IMG/VR virus record: IMGVR_UViG_3300037781_000042
Coordinates: 64,001-128,000 of that record
Direction: 5' to 3' (one strand)
From: a virus
Taxonomy: Duplodnaviria; Caudoviricetes
DNA: 64,000 bases
Under the pieces are notes generated by a model that saw only the letters and a list, made by a program, of their open reading frames with translations, had not been told where the DNA came from and did not search any database. The position numbers were made by a program, and so were the translations under genes. Positions 50,362-60,648 of the stretch are shown here, in pieces. Every line of letters starts with the position of its first letter. Position 1 is the first letter of the stretch.

Positions 50362-50666
50362 AAATCAGTATTTCCTATAATTTTTCCAGTATCTCTAGTT
50401 TCAGCAGGTTCCTTAGGAAGTCTTTTAAATTCCCAACATTCAAAACCTTCATAAGTTCTTCTTTCTAACCACCAATCTTTTCCTACTACAAGCAAATCTC
50501 TAGAAATTTGAATAGGATAATATCGATCATCATATTCTTGATCTGCTAATTCTTTGAATTTTTCTATGTCTATTTTTACTTGAGGGGTTCCTATCCAAAC
50601 AACATCTTCTAAGGTCAATTTGTATTTATGTAGTGTGTCAACAGTTTCTTTTAAAAAATTTATCAA
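50358..50666 (-). CDS. Hypothetical protein, paralogue of 4504..4842
   Basis: NFLKET...L...L..EDV.WIG...DLLVVGKDWWLERR.Y.G.E.W.FK..P. Confidence 0.7.
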   Translation of the reverse strand: MINFLKETVDTLHKYKLTLEDVVWIGTPQVKIDIEKFKELADQEYDDRYYPIQISRDLLVVGKDWWLERRTYEGFECWEFKRLPKEPAETRDTGKIIGNTDL

Positions 50667-50692
50667 TTTTATTTCTCCTTTAAAAATAAAAA

Positions 50693-50768
50693 TCCTACTT
50701 TATTAATTCAGAGACTCTACTAAAAATCTCTATCTTTGTATGGGGGTTTTCAATTTAATAAAGTAGGA
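50693..50768 (-). other. Structured intergenic RNA element / terminator-like
   Basis: Perfect 14-bp stem TCCTACTTTATTAA/TTAATAAAGTAGGA enclosing a C5 loop and an 8-bp sub-hairpin, followed by a T-tract. Confidence 0.55.
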
Positions 50769-50772
50769 CCAT

Positions 50773-53634
50773 TTAATTATTATCTAACATTGTTTCTATT
50801 GAAACTTTATTTTCTTCTTTTTGTAATTTTTTAATTTTTCTATTATTTTTAAACTTTACCCAAAAATAAAATTTAACATAATTTAAAAAATTAAATTTAA
50901 CATTTATTCCGTTAAGACTAACCATATCATAACCGGGATCTATGTGGTACATCTTTTCATTTTCCCAAAGAATTTTAAATTCTTTAAAAGTCATTTCACA
51001 GTATTTTCTTTTGATTACTCTTTTTCTATAACTAAGGAAATATAATAAAACTCCATCTATAATAAATGAAAATATTAACATTGCTAACAATGTTATTAAA
51101 ATTATTGTTATAACTGTTATCATATAAATTCCTTTTAATTAAAATATAAATTTCTTAAAATAAGTAATAACAAATCTTCCCCATAAATTTCATGTTCTTT
51201 TATTATTTCTTTTCCTTCAAAATCTTTTGATATATTTTCAATTAGAGTAAAGATATTTTCTCTTTCTTTTTCTAATTTTTCTTTATATAAAATCTTATGT
51301 AATATTTTTCTTTTAATAGAATTTTCTTTAGAAGTAATTGTTCTATTGTGTAATTTTAAAAATTGTTTGCAATGATGTTCAGCTAAAATATTTTCAATCG
51401 AAGACTCTAAATTATAAAAATATTCTCTGTTTATATCATAGATTTTCTGTATTTCATCTTCTCTAAATCTTACATATAAATCTAATTTTTCTTCAGACAT
51501 TCTTCTGGTATGATGCCACATTTTATTATCAAACAGTTTCTTTTTTGCCTTTCGAATTGCATAATGAGCAGAACCTTTAGAAAAATCTTCATATAAACCA
51601 ACCAAATTTCTAGCCATTACATTCCCTCAAATAATCATTGATAATTATTTCTTTTGCTAATTCTTCTTCAGAATAAAAAGAAAAGATATACTGATTTTTT
51701 TCATTGTAAATATGATTAGCTAAAGCATTTAGCTTTGTTTTTAATTTTACCATACGTTCATCTTGAATATTAAAAGTTTCAAGTTTTTTAGGTATTGCAT
51801 GAGGAACTATTTCGTTTAAAATACTTCTTTTTTCTTCTTTACTTGTAATATTAGACAATTGAATCAGTGTATCGGGAAAAGAATTATATAAAAAATTATC
51901 AAATAACTCTAATAACTCTAAAAAAGGTTTCTTGCTTTGAGAATTAATAAATATTTTAAAAGCTTTTTTCTTTTGTTCATTATATCTTTTATTGTAATTT
52001 AAATGTAATTGTTTTGTTTCTACTAAATTAGAAATAGAATATAAATTATATTTTTTATTCATTTCTGAATTAATGTAGAATTCGGAAAGAAGAACAAATT
52101 CTTTTTTATTTACATTGTATAATTTTGAATCTTTTAAACAATTTAAATTTTTACTTTTTACTACAGAAGCAGTTATTGTTTCTATTTCATGTTGGTGATA
52201 CTCAGATAATGAATTATCTGACTTTTTATACCCATATTCTTCTGTAAGACTATCTTGAAGATATTTAAGATATTCTTCATAAGTACTTTGAGAATGAGTG
52301 TTACAATTAGCCATTATATCATCCCTCAATACTAAACATTTTATTAACTATAATAGTAGGAAAGTTATTTTCATAAGAAATATCAATACCCAAGGCTTTT
52401 ATTTTGTTTTCCGAACGTTCAATAAAATTAAAAAGTTCAGAGAGAGGTTCTAAATTATCAAGAGTATTATATGTAGCATTTAAATAACTAATCATAGATG
52501 TTAGATGTCTTTCTTTGTTAATTCCATTTACTAAATTTAAATACATTTCAGGATATTTTTCTGAAAACAATTTATCTATAGAATCTTTTATTTCTACTAA
52601 AAGCTTAAAATCTTTTTCTTTTAATTTTTGATATTCCTTTTCTTGATTTTTTCTAGAATGTGAAGGATCACTTGTTCCCCATTCTAAATCATCTTCTTCA
52701 ACCCAAAGATGTTCGAAAATATCATCGAATAAATAGTCTTTGTCTGGAATAGATATTTTGCCTATTTGTAAATTTGTCATGTAAATACCTTAAAAAATAA
52801 ATCTTCTATTATTATTTCAGTTTCCTTATATTCTTTCCAAATGTTTTTTCTGATTTTTGATATAAGCTCTGAAATGAGTGCTTTTTCTTCTAAATTAAGT
52901 TCTTTTAAAATATCTTCAACGATTTCTTTTTTAGAAGAATCATTTTCATCAAGTAATTCAATGTATCTTTCTGGAAATTTCTTAAACACTATATTGTGCA
53001 AAATATCTTCTAATTTTGTTTTTATTTCAATATCAGAAAAAAGTAAATACATTAATTGTTCTTTTTCAGTAGCATAGAAAGAAAAAATTTCTCTAGGATT
53101 AATATCAATAGGTTTTCCTTCAATATCAAAAATTAAAGGAGAAGTATCTATAAATGGACGATGTGTATGTCTATGAACTTTATTAGTTATAAAATTTATA
53201 TGTTTTCTTTTATGTTCCTTTCCGACTATTCTTCTACCGTCAGTAATTTTAATTTCTTCAATTTCTTCAGTATTTAAAAATACTTCCATGGAAATAGTAA
53301 CATTAGAATAAAAAGAATTATTAATATCTTGTTCTACATTAGAAATTTTAGTTTCTATTTGAAATCCTTCTTCTTTATGAAAACATTTAGAACATAATTT
53401 ATAAAGTTCCTTTATTTTTTCATCTTTATCTGCACTAAAACAAGTAAATGTTGTAAAATAAATAATATCTAAAGAAGTTGATTCATCACTAAAATAAGGT
53501 GCACCTAGATCAAGAAACTTACTCATAAAACCTTTTAGCAAATTAACCACGTCATTAGGTTCTATGTTTACATTTAGTAAAGAGGATTTGCAGCATTCTT
53601 CTGAAGTTCCTATAAACTCTTCAAATGTTATCAT
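50773..53634 (-). other. Tandem run of family A proteins (50773..51123, 51135..51617, 51610..52329, 52319..52780, 52777..53634)
   Basis: MTFKEFKILWE (TM module); IENILAEHH.K.FL.L; FDNFLYNSFPDTLIQL; IDKLFSEKYPEMYLNL; LHNIVFKKFPERYIELLD. Confidence 0.55.
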
Positions 53635-53652
53635 AAGTGCACCTTTTAGATT

Positions 53653-54333
53653 TTACTTCTTAGCTGAACCTGTTTTCTTTTTTGCAGATTTTTTAATTCT
53701 TTCGAATTCGTCATCTACTTCAGAACTTCCAAGTTCTTCAAATTGTTTTTCAAATGAAGTGTCATCATCAATCATTTCTTCATAGGCATCGGCAATATCT
53801 TGCTCTTTGTTAATATCTTCTTCTAAAGATTTAAAATCAGCAAGTCCTGAATCTCCAATTCCTAAAGATGCTTCATTTAATTCTTTTTGAATTGTTGCGT
53901 GACTCTTTCTAGCTTTCAAACTTTCAACTTGAATTTGCATCGTTTCATACTTACTTTCAAGACGTTCTTTCTGCGCTTTTAGTTTAGTAGAAGCTGTAGT
54001 TGCTTGAGTTAACATCTTTTCATACATCTTTAAATTATTTTGATGTACTAATTTCTTTCTAATTGCCGATTTAGCAAGTTCATCTTCACCTTCTTCAATT
54101 GCTCTTTTAGCTTTTGATTCAAGGTCTTTGATTGTATGTTTTTCTAAATCAACTTTTCTTTCAATTGATTTTTGATTTGCGAGAGCTTTAGCTGTTGCTT
54201 TAATTGATTCAGCAACTTTTTCTTTTACATCTCTCATAGATTGATCTAACATTTTGGAAGTATCTTCCATAGAATCTAAAGCACTGTTAGCTTCTGCTTT
54301 AAACCAGGTTTTTATTCGTTTGAATAGTCCCAT
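53653..54333 (-). CDS. PspA/IM30 (ESCRT-III-like) family protein
   Basis: MGLFKRIK..FKAEANSALDSMED..KMLDQ.MRD; A..A...GEDELA..A; long coiled coil; C-terminal VDDEFERIK. Confidence 0.9.
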   Translation of the reverse strand: MGLFKRIKTWFKAEANSALDSMEDTSKMLDQSMRDVKEKVAESIKATAKALANQKSIERKVDLEKHTIKDLESKAKRAIEEGEDELAKSAIRKKLVHQNNLKMYEKMLTQATTASTKLKAQKERLESKYETMQIQVESLKARKSHATIQKELNEASLGIGDSGLADFKSLEEDINKEQDIADAYEEMIDDDTSFEKQFEELGSSEVDDEFERIKKSAKKKTGSAKK

Positions 54334-54367
54334 ACTATTTTTCTCCTTTTATAGTGAATAAGTTATA

Positions 54368-54399
54368 TTAATTATACTTTCGTTTCTTTGAAAAGTTTT
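54368..54399 (-). promoter_or_regulatory. Class-2 promoter candidate (copy 2) upstream of PspA homologue
   Basis: AAAACTTTT-CAAAGAAACG-AAAGTATAATTAA. Confidence 0.65.
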
Positions 54400-55177
54400 C
54401 TTTAAAAATTTTCTTAAATTTTGAATACGGTGATATTTTCTTTTTAGGTTTTTGATATTTTTCTCTTAAATTAATCTTTCCTTTATTTTTTAAAGAATTT
54501 CTATTTTGGTATCTATCATAATCAAAATCATCAAATAATAGACTTTCTCCAAATTCGTCTTCCCAATTTTCTCCAAAAACTTCATTGTAGTAATCATATA
54601 AATTGAATTGTTGATATGTTTTCTCAGGTGGTTCAATTGTTCCATCTAAGTAAACCAATCTTTCTCTATTATAATCTATTACTTCACATGTATCAGAATA
54701 ATACTCTCTATGAACAAAATTTCTTAATTTTTCCATATCAGTTATATTTTCTTCTACTAATCCTTCTCTTACAAGACCTGCAAATAAATTATTTGAAAGG
54801 TCTATATCTCTTTGGGGAACTTGTATTTTATAACAAGCAGCTTCTCCAACTTCTGATATAAACATTCCAGTAGAAAAACCTTCTAATCTATGTTCAATTA
54901 CCCAATCACTTGCGTGACACCAAATATAAATATTGTTACCTTCTTTTTCTTTTAAAGCCTGAATAAATTCAGGATCTCTAAATAAATTACCCCAACTAAA
55001 TAATCCAAAAGGACTCCCGTGGCCTAACATAATAACTAAATCAGCTTCTTTAATATCCTGAAGTATGTTATTATTATGAGTGTATCTTCTATAAACCTTT
55101 TTATCTGGGAGGTCCTCATAGATAGGTTTTAAGAAATCTGTTGATTTGTCTATTGTATGTAATACTACCGTTTTCAT
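54368..55177 (-). CDS. Hypothetical protein with possible clan-CD (caspase/CHAT-like) His-Cys dyad
   Basis: LVIMLGHGS ... IYIWCHAS, both following hydrophobic beta strands. Confidence 0.4.
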   Translation of the reverse strand: MKTVVLHTIDKSTDFLKPIYEDLPDKKVYRRYTHNNNILQDIKEADLVIMLGHGSPFGLFSWGNLFRDPEFIQALKEKEGNNIYIWCHASDWVIEHRLEGFSTGMFISEVGEAACYKIQVPQRDIDLSNNLFAGLVREGLVEENITDMEKLRNFVHREYYSDTCEVIDYNRERLVYLDGTIEPPEKTYQQFNLYDYYNEVFGENWEDEFGESLLFDDFDYDRYQNRNSLKNKGKINLREKYQKPKKKISPYSKFKKIFKENFSKKRKYN

Positions 55178-55191
55178 TTTATTTTCCTAAA

Positions 55192-55240
55192 TGTTAATTG
55201 AATGTGTTGTAATATAAGAAAAATTTTTTAAATAAAAAAA
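55192..55240 (-). promoter_or_regulatory. Class-1 promoter repeat, copy 7
   Basis: TTTTTTTATTTAAAAAATTTTTCTTATATTACAACACATTCAATTAACA. Confidence 0.75.
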
Positions 55241-55241
55241 T

Positions 55242-58200
55242 TTATTTTTCAATTTTAGATGGATATACTTTAAAACTACAAGAAAGTTTATGTTCCGAAG
55301 GTTTTACAAAAAGCTTTAAAGATATTTGAATAGCTAACCAAAGACATAAAATAATGAGAATAGTTCTAGTAGGTTTTGATCGAAAGAACAGTTTTGATTT
55401 AATTTTAAAATCATTAAATTTACTATGAGAATTTCCATTTCCCATAATTTCTTTTAGAACTCTTTTTAATGAATCTGTGTCTTCTAAATTAAATTCCTCT
55501 TCTTCAGTAAACATACTATTACAATGATTAGTAGACAAATCATTTAAATTTATTTTTAAAGTATGCCATAGCCATGAAAAAGTAATAGTATCTTTATTGT
55601 CAGTCCATACATGGACTAGTGGTTTCTTTAATTTTTCAGGAGAAGCATCAATAATGAGATTTGCTATTTTATCTATTTTTGTGTCATCGCCTACACGTTG
55701 TTTTAGTAATTCAATTTTATCTAAAACGTTTTGAATTTCTTGTTGATTCATTTATCTTCTCCTTCTAATGTTATTCTTTTTTGAGAATGTTCTAAATTAT
55801 AATTTTCATCATCTGTAACAAAGAAGTCTATTTGAGGATAATTTAATTCAAAAACTTTTTTATCCATGAAGTTTTTATATTCTTCATTCTCATCTAACTT
55901 TATTTTTACTATTTTAAAGTAGAATCCATTTACTATAGGAGTAAAAAAACATAATTCATAAATTTCAATATCTTCTTCAGTAAGATCAAATTTTTCTATA
56001 AGTTCATTTTTAAGTTTAAATAATTCTTTCTTTAATTTTTCTACATTTTCTGAGTATTGGACACCCTTATTACTCAAAGCTTTGATTGATTTTTCTAAAG
56101 CTTCATCTAACCTTATATCATATCTCAGTGGTGTCCCCATCGCACAAGAGTTTCTTATTGATTTTAAAATTTCTATTGCTTCTTGATTGTCCATAATATT
56201 CTTTAATTTAGTGATATTCTATACATATAATGAATGTTTCCTTCTTTTATTCCTTGTAAATATTCTTCATAAGTAAAATCAATTCCTAATATAAGAGCTG
56301 ATTTAAAATGTATTTTTGATTCTTCTTTTTCTATAACCATAAAAGCCTTTTAATTGTTAAACACAAAGTATATTTTTTGTACATTTCCATTTAGCATGTG
56401 ATAAAGATATTCTTCTATTGTGAAGTGTATACCATTTATTACTATGGATTTTAATTTGATAAAATTTTCTTTAAAATTTACTTCTTTAAGAACATTCAAA
56501 TCAGATATAGGATTTCCTAAAAGATTCCCGAATACCCAATCTACGATGTCTTCATTACTTATTTCTTCCATATTAATATTATCTGGAACAGTAAATTCAA
56601 AATCGTTAAATGTTATTTCATTAAAAATTAAATTATTTTTCATTTAACTTTTTCTTATTGTATTTGATACTTTTAATTTCTATAGGAGAAGTACTTTTTT
56701 CATAAATCATCCCGATATCACCACAAAATTGTCCAAAATAATAAAATGAATCTACTTCAAATACATGATATTTAGGAAAGTCTTTTTTTAATAAATAAAA
56801 ATCAGGACCCCAAAAACATACATCCATAGTATCTGTCTTTCCATCTATTTCTAAAATAATTTCAGGATCTATCATATAATAACTAGAATCTATATTTTCA
56901 TTATTTTCAGTTGCTTTAACAAATAAAAATGCCATTCCACAAGCAACAAGTACAATTGTACCTATGTAAATAATTAAAAATTTTAGTGGTGAACTATTCA
57001 TTTATTTAACCCTCCTCTTTCTATCCATTTTTGTACATTTTCAGGGCTTCCATGAGAAATTGAAGGAAGCTGATTATAAATATAGGAACAAATTTCAGGA
57101 AGTAAATGCTTATTAATATAATCTGCTTTTCCTACTGCACCCATAAGATTATTTTCCAACACTGCTTGTAAAAAAGATCCTGTAGGTATTCCTTTATCTA
57201 CGTATCTTTGTAAACTTTCTTTTATATTATCAGGTATTTCCATTTTCATCCTCGTGTATTGAATCTTCGTGTAATAATTGACATTCTTCTTCGATAAAAG
57301 GTTCTTCTAATCGATCTAATATTTTAATTAAATCTTTATTTGTTTTTATTCTTTCTTTTAAAAAACGATTTTTTGTTTCTAATGTAGATCTCATACTATT
57401 AATCTCTAACTGCGTTATGTTTTCTATATCAAATACAAATTTTTTAAATTCGTTATTTTTTATGTTATTATTAGATTCGACTTTAATAGTAGATCCCGTA
57501 TAGTATGAAGATACTTGTTGAATAAACCAAAATTCAAGTAACCAAAGTATTTTACGATCATCTGTGTTAAGAGAAATCACGAAGAAATTATCATCTGTAA
57601 AATATGTAGAATAATTTGAAAAAGCTTCTCCTATTTCTTTATCAAATTCTTTTAAAGGAGATAAAGAATCTAATAGTTCTCCTCCTAAAAATATTTGTTG
57701 TACTTCTCCTAAATGATACTCTACATCTAATAAAAAATCAAGATATTTTATTTTCATTTTTTGCGGCCACTTACTAAATACATTCTTTTTCATTTTTAAG
57801 GCTCCAATATTTTTTGTCTATATTCTTCTAACCATTCACTTTTAATTTTTCCTTTTAATCCAGATAAAAGGATATAAGATTTTTTATCATTTAAAGCTTC
57901 TAATGTTTTTAATCCAGCATCTACTAATTCATCATCGTCTTCATTTTCAATAATAAAATTTTCAATAAATGAATAACATGTTGGATGTACTTCTGTCCAT
58001 TCAAATAAACGAAGAACAGTTAAAAATTTAAATTGCCAAAATATATCTTGTTCTAAAGCAGTAGAACACATTAATCCAGTTAATTCTTTATCAGAAAGAA
58101 AATAAGAATATTTTAAAAATATTCTTTCTAAAATATGTTCTTGTTCCGGTAAAGTATTTTTATACTCTTTTAGAAACATTTGTTTCTTTGCAGGTTTATC

Positions 58201-59337
58201 AAAATCGGTAAACTGCTCCATATAAGAAATATAATCTTTTATTTTTTCTTTGTCATTAAAAATAAAACTAAAAGTTTTTTCAATAACAAAATCCCATTCT
58301 GTTTCAATATTTGTTTTAGCATCAGGATTTATTTGTACTATCTTTCCATTTTCTTTAAATGTAAACCTAATAGGTCCATTATGTGAAGTACAATCATCTA
58401 TATGAAATATTTCAAAATCCTTTTTCATTCTATTTTCTCCCTAGTTAATTTAATAGTCTCTAATTCTTCTTCATCTATTTTATAAAAAACAGTTCCTTTC
58501 CTTTCATAAGAAATAATTAAATCTTTAAATGTATCTTCTTTTACATTTGGACCAAATATTACATTTTTAGGTACATACTCTAAATTTACAAATTTTTCTA
58601 CCAATTTATCTATTTTATTTTTATAAAAAAAGTTAGTATTGAAAAAAATATAATCTGGATCATCAGTAATTAATTTATCTAATTTTTCAGGCCAATTGTA
58701 TAAATTTAAATAATCTCCTATTTGAACAAGATTAGCAATATCTGAAAAATCTTCAAAAAGATACTCATTAGGATAAATAGAATCTTCAATATAGTCTCCT
58801 TCCAATATAGCAACTGTAGATTTTTTCATTTTATGTCTGTTCTTTAAAATTAATAATTTTATTCATTTCAGAAATAACCTTTTCTTTCCATTCATTATGA
58901 TATATTCTTTTAAATCCAAAATATCTAGTTCCATTTCCATTTTTAATTTCATCGATTTCTTTTTTAGAATCTTTAATTTCTTTTTTATAATTATCAATTA
59001 TTTTATTTAATTCCTCTATTCTACTATTATCAATCTTCTGCATCTGTTCATCGAAATCATTAATAGCCGTTTGTATAATCTCTTCAATCTTTTTTCTATC
59101 TTTTTCTTTATGATAATAAATTTGTCCGCCATACATTGCACGACCATCTTTTTGAAAAACTATACTATACATATTAGAACCAGATAAAAAGGGATCTAAC
59201 TTTTCTCTATGAGGTGAAAAATACTTCTCATTTGCATCTTTAACAGTAAATTCTTCAATGCATTTATCATAATGATAAGAATTATCAAAATACTGCATCT
59301 TTAAAATTACTACTTTATCGCCAATTTCAAATTTCAT
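55242..59337 (-). other. Block of hypothetical ORFs (55242..55751, 55748..56194, 56350..56643, 56633..57001, 56998..57249, 57230..57793, 57796..58428, 58425..58829, 58831..59337)
   Basis: ORF track; abutting or overlapping. Confidence 0.7.
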
Positions 59338-59367
59338 TTTTTCCTTTATTGTAATTTCATTTGAAAC

Positions 59368-59398
59368 AAATATAAGAAAAATTTTTTAAATAAAAAAA
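59368..59398 (-). promoter_or_regulatory. Class-1 promoter repeat, copy 8 (TATATTTG variant)
   Basis: TTTTTTTATTTAAAAAATTTTTCTTATATTT followed by G; TATATTTG fits the Bacteroidota -7 consensus TAnnTTTG. Confidence 0.7.
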
Positions 59399-59423
59399 TC
59401 CTTACTAAAATTAATTAGTAAGG
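59392..59423 (-). terminator. Intrinsic terminator of tmRNA
   Basis: CCTTACTAA/TTAGTAAGG hairpin followed by T-tract just 3' of the tmRNA. Confidence 0.75.
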
Positions 59424-59433
59424 ACTTAGTTTG

Positions 59434-59789
59434 TGGAGCAGGCGGGGAACGATCCCGCGTCTTTTGCAATCCTATTAATAAATATACTACAAGTTTAGTT
59501 AATTTATAAATTTCCTAAATAGTTAACTAATTAACAAGTACTATTTAGTAGATAATTAAGAATTTCGATTTTGTATCATCATCAACTTCCAAAATCTATT
59601 TCTAAAGTATTTCGACGTTTTTAATTACATTATAGAAAGTATTCATTAAAACGTATTAGCTAGGCTGCTAACGAAGCGTACTGAGTTTCGTCAGTTACTT
59701 AGTATCAGTGTTTATTTAAGTGTCGAGACCTTTACCAACACTACTTGCAATTCATTAAATTGATCCAAAATCGAATCCTAAACTGCCCC
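59434..59789 (-). ncRNA. ssrA: tmRNA (356 nt), tag peptide (A)DETQYASLAA
   Basis: 5' GGGGCAG...GGATTCGA; 3' T stem GCGGG/CCCGC and CTGCTCC-A with G3.U70; tag ORF 59692-59660 after GTAACT. Confidence 0.92.
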
Positions 59790-59790
59790 A

Positions 59791-60645
59791 TTATTTTAAA
59801 TATGTAATTTTCCCCGTTTCTAAATCTATCTTTAACCTTTGATGTTTTTTAATATTTGAAGGTCGAATATTTCTTTTAGTAAAATAAGAAGTTCCGTTAT
59901 CTAATGAAAATAAATTATCTATAAAAAGTTCTCTATTAGATGGAATAAAAGCAAAATTAGATATTGTATAAAGTGTCCATTCAGTTTCTTCATTTACTTC
60001 AGAAATTTTTTGTATTATTTTTTCTGTATCATCTAAAGAATCGAAAACGTATACTCTGTCTGGATGTTTAAATTTACTATTTTTAGATTTAGGAATTAAT
60101 CCCCTTTTCAATATTTTATTTTCATATCTTGCTGGTGATAAATGATAAAGAGTTTTAGGAATTTTTTCTTTATCAAATATTTTCATAGGATGAATTGGTT
60201 CAAATTGAAATGTTAAAACATATCCATCTTTTATTTTTTCATAATTTAAAATTTTAAATATATCATTTCCGCTTGATGAAGAAAAAAAGTTTTTATCTTT
60301 AATTAATGACCAATTATTACAGATCCACCCATAAGTAGAATTTATTTTTTCATAGACATCTTTAAATAATAAAACATCTTCATTTGATATTTTATCTATA
60401 AATACATCTATTAAAAAACGTTCTTCGTTTATTTTTTTAATATAAATTTTATTTCCAAAGTTTTTATCTAGTAAAGATTTAACAGAATCTTGATGATATG
60501 AAGTAATTAAACCTTCATATAATTTTCTATATTCTTCTTGTTCTTTTTCATAAGAAGGAGAACCAAAATAATAAAGCTCCCTATCTGGTGCAGAACAAAA
60601 TTCTAAAAATTTTTGATAACTATTTTCTGTATTTTCTTTTTCCAT
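59791..60645 (-). CDS. Protein with C-terminal ADP-ribosyltransferase/Tpt1(KptA)-like motif
   Basis: LYHLSP..YENKILKRGLIPK...HPDRVYVF; ends 1 nt before the tmRNA 5' end. Confidence 0.5.
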   Translation of the reverse strand: MEKENTENSYQKFLEFCSAPDRELYYFGSPSYEKEQEEYRKLYEGLITSYHQDSVKSLLDKNFGNKIYIKKINEERFLIDVFIDKISNEDVLLFKDVYEKINSTYGWICNNWSLIKDKNFFSSSSGNDIFKILNYEKIKDGYVLTFQFEPIHPMKIFDKEKIPKTLYHLSPARYENKILKRGLIPKSKNSKFKHPDRVYVFDSLDDTEKIIQKISEVNEETEWTLYTISNFAFIPSNRELFIDNLFSLDNGTSYFTKRNIRPSNIKKHQRLKIDLETGKITYLK

Positions 60646-60648
60646 AAG

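Noticed and set aside
58425-58829. Response-regulator receiver domain
   Set aside because: Only a superficial AILEGD / DPDYIFF resemblance; the phospho-acceptor Asp and conserved Lys are not evident.
5576-59398. Dispersed ~50-bp repeats as MITEs or CRISPR repeats
   Set aside because: No terminal inverted repeats or target duplications; always in the same orientation and at operon heads, which fits promoters.
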